DNA of 14,120 nt from Calditrichia bacterium (lineage in GTDB: Bacteria; Calditrichota; Calditrichia; RBG-13-44-9): NCBI GenBank assembly GCA_037381445.1, contig JARRQT010000131.1, forward strand, positions 1 through 14,120. The letters are read 5' to 3'. Positions 1 to 11,700 of the stretch are shown piece by piece. The position numbers were made by a program, and so were the translations under genes. The notes under the pieces were generated by a model that was given only the letters and a program-made list of their open reading frames with translations, did no database searches and was not told where the DNA came from. Numbering within the stretch: position 1 is the first letter of the stretch; each line of letters begins with the position of its first letter.

Positions 1-1
1 C

Positions 2-457
2 ATACTGGGCGCAAATTTTTTGGGATTAATCCCGCTCTTTACCACCGCGACGGCCAATATCAGTGTCACTGCGGCGCTTGCCATTGTCACTTTTTTTGTC
101 ACTCAGATTATGGGAATGGTTGAAAACGGGATCGGAGGCTACTTTAAAAATCTGGCACCTCACGGCATACCATTTCCGCTTCTGTTTATTATTGTGCCCA
201 TTGAGATATTCGGATTGTTCACAAAACCTTTTGCACTGGCCATGCGTCTTTTTGCAAATATGATAGCAGGACACACCGTTATATTTGCATTACTGGGTCT
301 GATCATTGCGCTGGGAAGTATATTTATTTCTCCCTTTGCTGTAGGATTTGCGGTGTTTATCGATCTTTTGGAAGTCCTGGTAGCCCTTATTCAGGCTTAT
401 ATATTTACGATGCTGTCTTCTCTGTTTATCGGAATGGCGATGCATCCGGAACACTAA
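2..457 (+). CDS. atpB: F0F1 ATP synthase subunit a, C-terminal part (5' end lies outside the window)
   Basis: The frame is open from base 2 (ILGANFLGLIPLFTTATANISVT...). It contains the subunit a motifs PIE, KPFALAMRLFANMIAGH (essential Arg) and LEVLVALIQAYIFTMLS. Stop TAA at 455-457. The ORF-track start at 20 is an internal TTG. Confidence 0.97.
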   Translation: MLGANFLGLIPLFTTATANISVTAALAIVTFFVTQIMGMVENGIGGYFKNLAPHGIPFPLLFIIVPIEIFGLFTKPFALAMRLFANMIAGHTVIFALLGLIIALGSIFISPFAVGFAVFIDLLEVLVALIQAYIFTMLSSLFIGMAMHPEH

Positions 458-506
458 CTTGTCTTTAAGTTTTGTATGGTTTAATAATATTCAAAAGGAG
501 AAACTA

Positions 507-743
507 ATGGAAAGTTCTTTGTCACTGGCGTTAGCATATTTGGCAGCCGGAATCGGAGCCGGAATTGTTGCAATTGCCGCTGGACTCGGTATCGGAAAAA
601 TAGGAAGTTCTGCCATGGACGGAACAGCCCGTCAGCCGGAAGCCGCCAATGCAATCCGCACCTCCATGATCATTTCCGCTGCGTTGATCGAAGGTGTTGC
701 TTTCTTCGGCCTGGTTATCTGCTTCTTGTTGGGCTTAAAATAA
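507..743 (+). CDS. atpE: F0F1 ATP synthase subunit c (78 aa)
   Basis: AAGGAG Shine-Dalgarno at 495-500 precedes ATG 507. MESSLSLALAYLAAGIGAG... has a Gly-rich helix 1, an ARQPEA loop and the carboxylate in AALIEG. Confidence 0.97.
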   Translation: MESSLSLALAYLAAGIGAGIVAIAAGLGIGKIGSSAMDGTARQPEAANAIRTSMIISAALIEGVAFFGLVICFLLGLK

Positions 744-764
744 TTTAAAGAAAAAAGGTGAATC

Positions 765-1259
765 ATGCTACAACTTGATCCCGGTATGATAATATGGACC
801 TGGGTAACTTTTATCGGGCTTTTTCTGATTCTCGCAAAATTTGCCTGGAAACCCATGTTGGGTGCGGTTGAAAAACGCGAAAAGATTATCAACGACTCAT
901 TGCGAAAAGCCGATGAAGCCAGTGCTCAGGCTGAGAAAATGCTCGCCGAACATGAACAGATGATGGCAAATACCCAGGATGAGATCCAGAAGATGCTGAA
1001 AGATAGCAGAGAACTAGCTGAAAAAATGAAAAGCGAGATGCTTGAAAACGCCAGACTGGAAGCAATGAAACTTCAGGAAAGAGCGCAGGCGGATATTGAA
1101 CGCGAGAAGGAAGCGGCAATTCTGGAATTGCGCAAGCATGCCACCGATCTGGCTATTCAGGGCGCTTCACGCCTGATCCGGGAGAATCTGGATTCAAAAA
1201 AACACCGGGAACTCATCGACGGCTATATCAAAGAGTTGGATCAGTTGGAGAAAAATTAG
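765..1259 (+). CDS. atpF: F0F1 ATP synthase subunit b
   Basis: N-terminal TM segment (PGMIIWTWVTFIGLFLILAKFAWKP), then the KRE motif and a long charged coiled coil. It lies between atpE and atpH. Confidence 0.96.
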   Translation: MLQLDPGMIIWTWVTFIGLFLILAKFAWKPMLGAVEKREKIINDSLRKADEASAQAEKMLAEHEQMMANTQDEIQKMLKDSRELAEKMKSEMLENARLEAMKLQERAQADIEREKEAAILELRKHATDLAIQGASRLIRENLDSKKHRELIDGYIKELDQLEKN

Positions 1260-1271
1260 GAAGTAATTTTA

Positions 1272-1814
1272 GTGCTCAGATCACGTGTTTCAAAACGCTA
1301 TGCAAAAGCATTATTCGAACTTGCCCGGGAGAAAGATATTCTGACCAGGGTGGAGGACGATTTGCGCGGATTGCTGGAAGAATACGAACAGTCCGATAAA
1401 CTGCAAATCCTGCTTCACTCCCCTGTCATCCAGGTCTCAGAAAAAAAGAAATTTTTGAAGGAGTTTTTTGAGAATAAGGTTCACCCGGTCACTTTCAACC
1501 TACTTCTTCTACTGCTGGAAAAGAACCGGGAAGGTATTCTCCCGCAAATCGCAGAGAGGTTTATGGAATTGCAGGACGAGGCACAGGGAATACTTCGCGG
1601 GCAGCTCATCACCGCTCATCCCTTCAGTGAAAAGCAGCTGGCTGAAGCGAAAGAAAAGTTGGATCATCTCACACAGAAAAATGTGATCTTATCGCAGGAG
1701 ATTGATGCGGGTTTGATTGGCGGGTTTATTATTAGAATGCAGGACACTGTGATTGATTCGAGCCTGCGGCATCAGCTCTCGAAAATGCATGAGAGTATGA
1801 TAGCCGGTAAATAA
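1272..1814 (+). CDS. atpH: F1 ATP synthase subunit delta
   Basis: GTG start. RYAKALFELA at the N-terminus and DAGLIGGFIIRMQDTVIDSSLRHQL at the C-terminus, both typical of the OSCP/delta family. Confidence 0.95.
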   Translation: MLRSRVSKRYAKALFELAREKDILTRVEDDLRGLLEEYEQSDKLQILLHSPVIQVSEKKKFLKEFFENKVHPVTFNLLLLLLEKNREGILPQIAERFMELQDEAQGILRGQLITAHPFSEKQLAEAKEKLDHLTQKNVILSQEIDAGLIGGFIIRMQDTVIDSSLRHQLSKMHESMIAGK

Positions 1815-1852
1815 TATACTATAAAAGGATAAAATTTTAGAGGAATCATAGA

Positions 1853-3391
1853 ATGGCGGTTGATGTAAAACCTGACGAAATTTCTTCCATCCTCAAAGAA
1901 CAGCTTTCCAGCTTTGAACAGGAAGCGGATATTTATGATGTCGGAACCGTGCTGCAGATCGGTGATGGCATTGCGCGCGTTTACGGTCTTTCCAATGTCA
2001 TGGCCGGGGAGCTGGTGGAATTCCCCAACAATGTGATGGGGTACGTGCTGAATTTGGAAGAAGACAATGTGGGATGCGTGCTGTTCGGAGAAGATGAATT
2101 GGTAAAAGAGGGCGATACGGTCCGCCGCACCAAACGCATCCTGGAAGTGCCGGTCGGCAAAGGAATGCTGGGCCGGGTGGTCAATCCTTTGGGGCAGCCG
2201 AAAGACGGAAAAGGACCCATCAAGACCGAACAAAATTTTCCGGTAGAGCAGAAGGCGCCCGGCGTCATCTATCGGCAGGGGGTGAAGGAACCGCTGCAAA
2301 CCGGTCTAAAGGCCATCGATTCCATGATTCCCATAGGACGCGGCCAGCGTGAGCTTATCATCGGCGACCGCCAGACCGGAAAAACGGCCATTGGTATTGA
2401 TACCATCATCAATCAGAAATACACCCATGAAACCGATACCCCTGTCTATTGTATCTATGTTGCCATCGGACAAAAAGCGTCTACCGTGGCCAAGGTTGTG
2501 AAAACCCTCGAGGAATATGGCGCGATGGAGTATACCATCGTGGTTTCGGCCGATGCCAGCGAGCCTGCCCCGCTGCAGTATCTGGCGCCGTATGCCGGAG
2601 CGGCCATGGGAGAATACTTCCGGGATAACGGCATGCACGCACTTGCCATTTATGATGACCTGAGCAAGCATGCCTGGGCATACCGCGAGGTTTCCCTGTT
2701 GCTGCGCCGTCCACCGGGACGCGAAGCATATCCGGGCGACATTTTCTATCTCCATTCTCGTCTGTTGGAGCGGGCGGCAAAAATGAGCGATGAAAAGGGA
2801 GGTGGTTCTTTAACGGCCCTGCCGATTATTGAGACCCAGGCGGGTGATGTATCTGCCTATATTCCTACAAATGTCATTTCCATTACGGATGGCCAGATCT
2901 ATCTGGAGCCAAATCTTTTCTACTCCGGTATCCGGCCGGCAATCAATCCCGGCATCTCCGTGAGCCGCGTGGGTGGAAATGCTCAGATTAAGGCATTGCG
3001 GCAGGTAGCCGGAAGTTTGCGGCTGGATCTTGCCCAGTACCGTGAACTGGAAGCCTTCGTGAAATTTGGTTCCGATCTGGACAAAGCCACCCAGGCCCAG
3101 ATTACCCGTGGTCAGCGGCTGATGGAAATCCTGAAGCAGGGCCAGTACTCGCCGATGCCGGTAGAAAAGCAGATCGCCATTATTTTTGTCGGTTCCGAGG
3201 GCTACCTGGACAAACTGCCGGTTAGTTCGGTCATGCGCTTCGAAAAAGAATATCTGGAATACCTTGACAATAAATATCCTGATGTTTTGAAAACCATTGT
3301 GAAAGAAAAGGTTCTCTCCGATGAAATCAAGGAGCGGATGCGAAAAATTGTGGAAGAGTTTTTAAAAATTTTCAAGGTTGAGGAAGAATAA
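1853..3391 (+). CDS. atpA: F1 ATP synthase subunit alpha (512 aa)
   Basis: [10 protein letters not shown], intact Walker [41 protein letters not shown] and SVSRVGG. GAGG SD at about 1840-1843. Confidence 0.99.
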   Translation: MAVDVKPDEISSILKEQLSSFEQEADIYDVGTVLQIGDGIARVYGLSNVMAGELVEFPNNVMGYVLNLEEDNVGCVLFGEDELVKEGDTVRRTKRILEVPVGKGMLGRVVNPLGQPKDGKGPIKTEQNFPVEQKAPGVIYRQGVKEPLQTGLKAIDSMIPIGRGQRELIIGDRQTGKTAIGIDTIINQKYTHETDTPVYCIYVAIGQKASTVAKVVKTLEEYGAMEYTIVVSADASEPAPLQYLAPYAGAAMGEYFRDNGMHALAIYDDLSKHAWAYREVSLLLRRPPGREAYPGDIFYLHSRLLERAAKMSDEKGGGSLTALPIIETQAGDVSAYIPTNVISITDGQIYLEPNLFYSGIRPAINPGISVSRVGGNAQIKALRQVAGSLRLDLAQYRELEAFVKFGSDLDKATQAQITRGQRLMEILKQGQYSPMPVEKQIAIIFVGSEGYLDKLPVSSVMRFEKEYLEYLDNKYPDVLKTIVKEKVLSDEIKERMRKIVEEFLKIFKVEEE

Positions 3392-3394
3392 TTT

Positions 3395-4258
3395 ATGGCA
3401 ACCTTGCGCGAAATCCGCCACCGAATCTCCAGTGTGAAAAGCACGCAGCAGATTACCCGTGCCATGAAAATGGTCGCTGCGGCCAAGCTGCGACAGGCCC
3501 AGGACAATATCCTGTCCGCCCGGCCCTACGCTTATCAGATTGATGAGATGATCCGGCACCTGATTTCCAGTCTGGAAGAGCCGCAGGACCCGCTGCTTGA
3601 AATCAGGCCCGCCCAGAGGATCATTATCGTGGCAGTGACCTCGGATCGTGGGCTCTGTGGCGCGTTTAATTCCAATATCATCAAGCGGGTGCTGCATCAG
3701 ATGGAAGTCCACAAAGATAAGGAAATTTCACTGGTGTGCGTGGGCAGAAAAGGATATGATTATTTCCGGAGGCGGAATTATGCCATCGAAAAACATTATA
3801 TTCAACTATTCAGTCATATCGATTTTTCCCATGCCCAGATGATAACTGATTATCTGGTTGGGCAGTATCGCGAACGTCATGCCGATATGGTGGAAATTGT
3901 TTATAATGAATTCAAGAATGCAGTTCAGCAGAATATCATTGTTGAAACATATCTGCCGATTCTGACAGAGGAAATTGAGAAAGATCATGTGCCTATTGAT
4001 TATATTTATGAACCGGACAAACAGCGTCTTTTGAGCGCGTTGCTCCCACGGCATCTGGTGATGCAGACCTGGAGGATTCTGCTGGAGTCAAATGCGGCCG
4101 AACAAGGCGCCCGGATGACGGCTATGGAAAACGCGACTGACAATGCTTCCGATATCATACACGACCTGACCCTGCATTATAACCGGGCGCGTCAGGCTGC
4201 CATCACCAAGGAAATAACGGAAATCGTGAGCGGCGCGGAAGCCTTGAAATCGGCATAA
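3395..4258 (+). CDS. atpG: F1 ATP synthase subunit gamma
   Basis: ITRAMKMVAAAKL, TSDRGLCGAFN, EQGARMTAMENATDNA and YNRARQAAITKEITEIVSGA. Confidence 0.99.
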   Translation: MATLREIRHRISSVKSTQQITRAMKMVAAAKLRQAQDNILSARPYAYQIDEMIRHLISSLEEPQDPLLEIRPAQRIIIVAVTSDRGLCGAFNSNIIKRVLHQMEVHKDKEISLVCVGRKGYDYFRRRNYAIEKHYIQLFSHIDFSHAQMITDYLVGQYRERHADMVEIVYNEFKNAVQQNIIVETYLPILTEEIEKDHVPIDYIYEPDKQRLLSALLPRHLVMQTWRILLESNAAEQGARMTAMENATDNASDIIHDLTLHYNRARQAAITKEITEIVSGAEALKSA

Positions 4259-4267
4259 ATATTTTAA

Positions 4268-5557
<1,290 letters not shown>

Positions 5558-5580
5558 CTGGAATTAATTCAGACAAATAC

Positions 5581-5610
5581 AGGGGATGAAAATTTTCATC
5601 CCCTTTTCTT
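5581..5610 (+). terminator. Rho-independent terminator-like hairpin after atpD
   Basis: AGGGGATGAAAA/TTTTCATCCCCT (5581-5604) is a perfect 24-bp inverted repeat followed by TTTCTT. It begins 23 nt after the atpD stop. Confidence 0.8.
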
Positions 5611-5611
5611 C

Positions 5612-5640
5612 TTGCAACTTCCTATAATTTTTTCTAAAGT
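5612..5640 (+). promoter_or_regulatory. Putative sigma70-type promoter upstream of atpC
   Basis: TTGCAA (5612-5617), a 17-nt spacer, then TAAAGT (5635-5640). It lies just downstream of the terminator and 34 nt before the atpC ATG. The AT-rich context makes a chance match possible. Confidence 0.35.
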
Positions 5641-5674
5641 TCACTTGTAAATTAGCGATAATAGGTTTATCATT

Positions 5675-6085
5675 ATGGAGACGAATTTATTCACAGTAGA
5701 GATAACAACTCCTCAAAAGAAATGGACCTTTGAGAATGTAATCAGTTGTTCGGCGCCCGGAGTAAAAGGAAGTTTTCAGGTATTATATAACCACGCACCT
5801 CTTCTGAGCCAACTGGAAATAGGCTCGATCAAATTGGAAACCACGGATGGTATTTTGTTTTTTGCAACAAGCGGCGGTTTTTTGGAAGTGCTAAATAATA
5901 AAGTTGGTATGTTGTTGGATACCGCTGAAAAGTCCGACCAGATTGATGTGACGCGCGCTGGAAATGCTGCGGAGCGGGCCAGAAATCGGCTGAAAGAAAG
6001 AGCGGAGGATCTGGATGCAGCAAGAGCCGAAGCATCACTGGCACGGGCACTGAACCGACTGTACGTTGCCCAGAAAACAGAATGA
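5675..6085 (+). CDS. atpC: F1 ATP synthase subunit epsilon
   Basis: VEITTPQ, APGVKGSFQVLYNHAPLLSQL, SGGFLEV, and the C-terminal helical hairpin IDVTRA...ERA...LARALNRL. Confidence 0.97.
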   Translation: METNLFTVEITTPQKKWTFENVISCSAPGVKGSFQVLYNHAPLLSQLEIGSIKLETTDGILFFATSGGFLEVLNNKVGMLLDTAEKSDQIDVTRAGNAAERARNRLKERAEDLDAARAEASLARALNRLYVAQKTE

Positions 6086-6156
6086 ATAAAGCATTAGCGT
6101 TTGCTTTGCATATTATTTTTAGTATATTGATTTAAACAAAAATCTGGTTCATACTT

Positions 6157-8748
6157 ATGGGACGCAATCTTTATTTTGTATTGGTTCTTGTGGTTTCTTT
6201 TTCATTTTTGATAAGTAAATCTCCAGCCCAGACTCCCCAGGACACTACCGAACTCAAATCACTGATCAGCCATCTTTCCGAACTGGAATTTCAGGTTGCC
6301 CTGAATGCCTATGTTGAAAAACTCTTTGTAAATTATGGGATCGAAAATCTTCCCCGGGAAAAATTTCTGGTCTCACTCATGAGACTTGTCAATAACGAAA
6401 TGAATAAACGGATCACGAATCCGAGGGCTGCCCGCGACAAATATTTCAATGAGCTTGAGAATCAACTGGTTGAACTCCGCACGCTGAAAAGCAGACTCAA
6501 TACCAGCGGCATCAAGGAGTTGAATTCATTTATAAAGGAATTGGAAAACCGGCTAAAACTCACCATCCGTAACGGCCAGGTGGATTATAAAAAGAAAAAA
6601 GTATTCGAGGATGCAATCCAGCTTCTCTACGTTGCCGAAGAAATGATAAAGATGGACCGGTTGCGCGATCCCGGAAATTTGAATAAAAACATTTTAAGTT
6701 CGAAAGATAAACTGCTCCATGCATTTGGTGAAGTCGGCGAAACAGAAAATATCCCCCTGGATGTTGAACCTACCATTTTTAATTTATTCGAAGAGTGGAA
6801 AAAAACAGATCTCTACCAATACGATGCCAGATTGCTGGATGTAAAAGTGGCCCGGAACAAACTCATCAGGTCGGGAAATATTCAGACCACCCAACGCATG
6901 TTTAATGAGCAGCTTAAATATGCCTATACTCTGTTCAACTATTACGAATATGATCAGGTTGACCGTCTTCTGGAAGATTTAGTGAATACATACAGCAAAG
7001 CAGATGTTAAGGATTTTGACGATGTCTATTATTACTGGGCGGAAAGTGATTATGCCCTGGGAAGGTTAATGCGCGCAAGGGGTATTTATAAGCGCCTGCT
7101 GGATGAATATCCCCAGTCCTCTTACCTGCCCGCTACCTACAGCCGACTGATCGAAATCTCTTATAAGCTCAAAGAACCGGATGAAGTCCTGACTTATTTT
7201 TCAAACTATCGCAATGTAGCTTCTCCGTCGGATAAGAGGTTTTATGATATGCATTTCATTGCGGCATTAACCCTTTATCAGGAATCAAATTACAGCCAGG
7301 CGGTTGATATTCTTATGTCTTTCCCGAAGGGGAATCCGTACTATTATTTTGCACAATATATGACTGGCATCATCTACGCTGCCGGCCAAAACTATGATAT
7401 GGCCAGAAATGTATTCGAGACTTTAATACAGTCCAGAGAAACCCCGGCAGATATCCACAACAGAGCCATCTATAAACTGGCACTCATCAGTTACGAGCAG
7501 GGTGCATATCAATCGGCGATTTCCTACTTGAATGCCCTCCCCTCGGACTTCTATCGTTACGATAAGGTTTTAAATGCGCTGGCATGGTCCCATTTTATGA
7601 TGGCACAGAGCAGCATGGACAGCACCGGGCAGCAGAATTTTACGCAGGCTGCCAATTATGCCCGCATGCTGGCGGATAACTATTATGCCTCGGAATATCG
7701 CATGGAAGCTGAAAGCCTGCTTGGATATATCAATCAGCTTCAAGATCAGCCAACCGCTGCATTGAGTCTTTACCGGGATGTTTACGAATCAAAAGTAAAG
7801 AAGAAAGATATCAATGATTTCCTGGCGGAACGGGATAGTCTGGAAAACCTCTATGATCAGGCCAGGAAGATGGAAGAAAAAGCACTGGAAGCGAATAACA
7901 GCGAGGCATATGTCAAGGCATCGGATGTTGCCGATAATCTTCATACCCAAATCCTGCAAATGGATCTGGCAGAATTAAGCCCGGTAGGGTCGGATGTTAC
8001 TCAGGAAGTCTATGATCTTTTAAGCCAGCTGGATCAGGTGGAGGAATTACGAAAACAGGCCAGAGCCGCTGGGAACAAATCTGCCATTGCCAAAGCGGAC
8101 AGTATGATGATACGGTTGTCGTCCCTGCTGGAAGAGCTGCCCAAGGATTACCTGCGCACCGCCGTAGCCTACAACTGGTTTGATGCCTATCCTGTCAGCC
8201 GGAAAGTGGCAGATTATGAATTCAGCACTGCCAAAGAACGCCGCATACGGGAGGAAATCCTGAATGAAATGAACCGGATTAACGGTCAGGTTGCTCAGTT
8301 CTATCAGCAAATCGAAAGAAAGAAGCTGGAAGGAGACTATAAAGCCGTGGTCGCCCTGGAACAAAAGGTGGAACATCTGAAAGAAATCGGAAAAGAATAT
8401 GATCAGCTTTATGCGGATGCCTTCAAACTGAATCCCGGCCAGCCCTACAACGATTTCGATAAATGGGGGGATTTTGGGGCATTTGGCATCATAGATGTAA
8501 ATTTTGGGGAACGCAGCCGGCTGCAAAATCGGATGGCAGATGTGTCCACCCTGTATAATTCTGTGGTTGGACTTATTAGTGAAAAACGGGAGGTAGTGGA
8601 AGACAAGCTCAAAAAGATTGAGGCAGAAATCCGCTTTATGACCATGAAAGCCCGATTGGAAGAACGCCAGCGTTTACGCGCAGAAAGAGAGCGTGCTTTT
8701 CGCGAAACTTACTTCGATAAAAGAACGAGTGAATTCGAGGAAAGATAA
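6157..8748 (+). CDS. Exported tetratricopeptide-repeat / coiled-coil protein (863 aa), possibly GltC-like
   Basis: Sec-type signal peptide (MGRNLYFVLVLVVSFSFLISKSPA|Q). A central TPR array of the BamD/YbgF type (YYYWAESDYALGRLMRARGIYKRLLDEYPQSSY; AQYMTGIIYAAGQNYDMARNVF; AIYKLALISYEQGAYQSAISYL; VLNALAWSHF) is flanked by helical coiled-coil regions. The GltC-like label is inference. Confidence 0.85.
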   Translation: MGRNLYFVLVLVVSFSFLISKSPAQTPQDTTELKSLISHLSELEFQVALNAYVEKLFVNYGIENLPREKFLVSLMRLVNNEMNKRITNPRAARDKYFNELENQLVELRTLKSRLNTSGIKELNSFIKELENRLKLTIRNGQVDYKKKKVFEDAIQLLYVAEEMIKMDRLRDPGNLNKNILSSKDKLLHAFGEVGETENIPLDVEPTIFNLFEEWKKTDLYQYDARLLDVKVARNKLIRSGNIQTTQRMFNEQLKYAYTLFNYYEYDQVDRLLEDLVNTYSKADVKDFDDVYYYWAESDYALGRLMRARGIYKRLLDEYPQSSYLPATYSRLIEISYKLKEPDEVLTYFSNYRNVASPSDKRFYDMHFIAALTLYQESNYSQAVDILMSFPKGNPYYYFAQYMTGIIYAAGQNYDMARNVFETLIQSRETPADIHNRAIYKLALISYEQGAYQSAISYLNALPSDFYRYDKVLNALAWSHFMMAQSSMDSTGQQNFTQAANYARMLADNYYASEYRMEAESLLGYINQLQDQPTAALSLYRDVYESKVKKKDINDFLAERDSLENLYDQARKMEEKALEANNSEAYVKASDVADNLHTQILQMDLAELSPVGSDVTQEVYDLLSQLDQVEELRKQARAAGNKSAIAKADSMMIRLSSLLEELPKDYLRTAVAYNWFDAYPVSRKVADYEFSTAKERRIREEILNEMNRINGQVAQFYQQIERKKLEGDYKAVVALEQKVEHLKEIGKEYDQLYADAFKLNPGQPYNDFDKWGDFGAFGIIDVNFGERSRLQNRMADVSTLYNSVVGLISEKREVVEDKLKKIEAEIRFMTMKARLEERQRLRAERERAFRETYFDKRTSEFEER

Positions 8749-8781
8749 TTCTTACATAAACAGAAAACAGGGTGTTAAAAA

Positions 8782-11700
8782 ATGAAGTGGCCTTCTCAGA
8801 TAAATAATATACTTTTTATTTTTATTTTCTTTTCTCTGGTAATCAATCCTCTGGATTTGATTTTTGCTCAGGATAGCGGTCTTCAGGTTGAAGATTCCAC
8901 CCTCCAGAAGTTCAAAATGGAGGATCTGGTCAAGATCAAAAAATTGCTTGAACAGGAAAGACAGCGGTTAATCAATGAGCAGGAAAAGGACCTTCAGCAG
9001 GGTGTGGATTTGAGCAAAGGCTTTCTCAACAAGACAAAGGAAGAAAATGAAAATCAGGATATGATCCTGATTCGTGTTGCCGAGTATTATATTGAAGAAT
9101 CGAATTCAGGCTACGATAAAGCGGTAGGGGATTACAACAAAAAATATGAAGAATATGAGAAACAACTGGCTGCTTTTCAAAAGGGAGATGTGAAATCCGA
9201 ACCTGCAGCCCCCCAATTTCCCAGGCGGAATTATGAAAAGGCCATCTCAATTTATGACTTAATCTTAACCAACTTTCCCGGTTCTGAGCTGGCGGATGAT
9301 GCCCTCTATAATAAAGCCTATCTTTTGGGACAGATGGGCGAAAGCGAGGCTTCCCACAATGTGTACCGGGAGCTGATAGACAAATATCCCGAGAGTCAAT
9401 ACACGCCCGAGGCCTACATCAATCTGGCGGAGTACTATTTTCAGCCCAAAATAGGCCAGGACCGCGAAGAGACCATCCGCAATCTGAACAAAGCGGCGCA
9501 GCTCTACAAAAATGTCCTGAACTACAAGGATTCACCCCGTTATGATGAAGCGCTCTATAAATTGGGCTGGACCTATTATCGGTTGGCAGGTCAGGATCCC
9601 AATTATTACAGTGATGCCATTGTGTACTTCACCATGGTTGTTAAAGACGTCGAAAAATTCAAGGACCTGGATCCTGATGGGAAATATATTAAATCCAATA
9701 TCGAACCGGAAGCTCTTCAATATATTGCAGCCTCTTTTGTTGATTCCAATTATACCCGAAGCGGCGTAGATAAAGCCAGCGGATTCATCAAAGATTTGGG
9801 TGCGCCGCAATATGGCGTAGATATTTTTTCTAACATGGGTGATATCTATACCCGGATTGTGGATTATAACAATGGTATAAAGGCCTATCAAACACTGTTG
9901 GAAATGTATCCTGATTATGCTTTTTCTCCGATGATTCGGAAAAAGATTGCCGATGTGTATCAGGAAGATAATCAGCCGGATATGGCATTTAATGAAAATC
10001 AAAAGATGTTTGATGAATATAATCCGAAATCCCAATGGTTCGCTGCCCTCGAGCAAAGAACTATTCCCGACAGAATTGCTGCATTGGAAGAAGCCACCCA
10101 ATTGACGGAAGCAGGCTTACGATCGAATCTCATCTACAAGTATGATCAGGCGGAAAATCTTGAGAAGACTGGCGGTGATTCATTGTCTGCCTACCGCGAG
10201 TTCGCGAAACTTGCTGATACCTATCTGGAAACATACCCGACCAATGAGAATGCCTATGAGATCAACTGGTCTCTGGCTTATGTGCTGGATACGGAGTTAC
10301 ATGATTATAATCCGGCATTTGAGGAATATATTCGGGTAAGCAATGACTATCTTGAAACAAACCACCGTAAAGATGCGGCCACAAATGCCATTGCCGTGGC
10401 TCAGACACTGACGGATTTAAAACGCTCTACGATGGATACCGCCCAAATAAAGGGTGTGGATTTATCCGAAGCAACTGCGCAGGAGTTGAATCCGGAAGAA
10501 AAGCTGCTTGCCGAGGCATTTGACAATTATATTAAACTCTTCCCTGACGACGAAAAGACTGCCTCCTACCTTGCCAACGCCGGCGCCCTGTATTATCAGC
10601 ACCATCAGTACGATCTCGCACGAAAGTATTACAAGACTATGGTGACTAAATTCCCCGAGGCACAGCAAAAAAGCGTGGGGTTAATGTCCCTGATGAACAG
10701 CTATTTCTTCCTGGGGAAATTTAAGGATGCTGAATTTGTTGCCCACAAAGCACTGGAAATAGAGGGAATTCCAGACGATCAAAAGGACATCGCCAAAAAT
10801 CGGATCGGCGAATCCATATACAAGAATGCCGAAAAATTGGAACAGGAACAAAAATATCTGGAAGCCGCCCGCGAATTCTACAGGGTCTATACAGATGCCA
10901 GATATTACAGTGATATTATGGATTTGGCGCTGTTCAACAGCGGCAGGAATTATGAGACGGCAAAAGAGTGGCAGCAATCCATAAGCGTTTACGATACGCT
11001 GGTTGCTAATTTTCCGGAATCGAAATACCGTCTGATAGCCTTGGGGCATATCGCCGACGATTATAAACAGATGGAAGATTATGCGAAAGTCGGCAATACC
11101 TACGAGCGTATCTACGAATTGTACCCCGAGCGGAAAGATGCGGAAGCCGCCCTTTACAATTCCAGTTTGTTTTTTGCCCGGGCCAATTCCTGGTCGGATG
11201 CGATTCGTGTAAATAATAAATACATTGCGCGCTTTCCGGATAGCACTGATTCGAAGGATTTGTTGTTTGAAAATGCACGGTACTATTTGAAGTTGGATGA
11301 TCTGCCCAGCGCTAACCGGATCTATGAAGAATTTGCCACCCGTCATCCCAACGACACGCGCACAATTGAAGCCCTCTACAGAAGAGGCGAATATTATTTT
11401 GAGAACGGCAAATTTGATTTGGCAAAACCTGAATTTCAAAAAGCGGTTTCTCGAAGCGAAGAATTTTCCAGAACTGGTCGTGATCCCAATGTATTGTATG
11501 CCTCCGAAGCCTACTTCAAGTTGGGTGAAATCGAGTTTGAGGAATTCAGGAATATCAAATTATCTTACCCCGAATCTAACCTTCGCGCCCAATTGAAAAG
11601 AAAAACCGATAAATTGGCATCGGTTGTCAATGCCTTCAACCAGGTTGTCAAGATGGGCTCTCTGAAAGGTTTTGAGGCAATGTACAAAATTGCCGAGACT

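Noticed and set aside
20..457. A short 145-aa stand-alone subunit a
   Set aside because: The frame is open to the window edge, so the gene is simply truncated by the window.
459..506. ORF-track N-terminal extension of atpE from TTG 459 (94 aa)
   Set aside because: A clear AAGGAG SD precedes ATG 507 and gives a normal 78-aa c subunit. The extension is AT-rich intergenic sequence.
5623..5628. Perfect TATAAT hexamer upstream of atpC
   Set aside because: No -35 element at 16-18 nt (that position falls inside the terminator stem) and no TG extension. The TTGCAA/TAAAGT pair is better spaced.
6088..6128. Terminator (AAAGCA...TGCTTT) or promoter (TTGCTT-16-TATATT) between atpC and the TPR gene
   Set aside because: The 6-bp AT-rich stem with an 8-nt loop is too weak, and the promoter match is unremarkable in AT-rich DNA. 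Neither can be supported.
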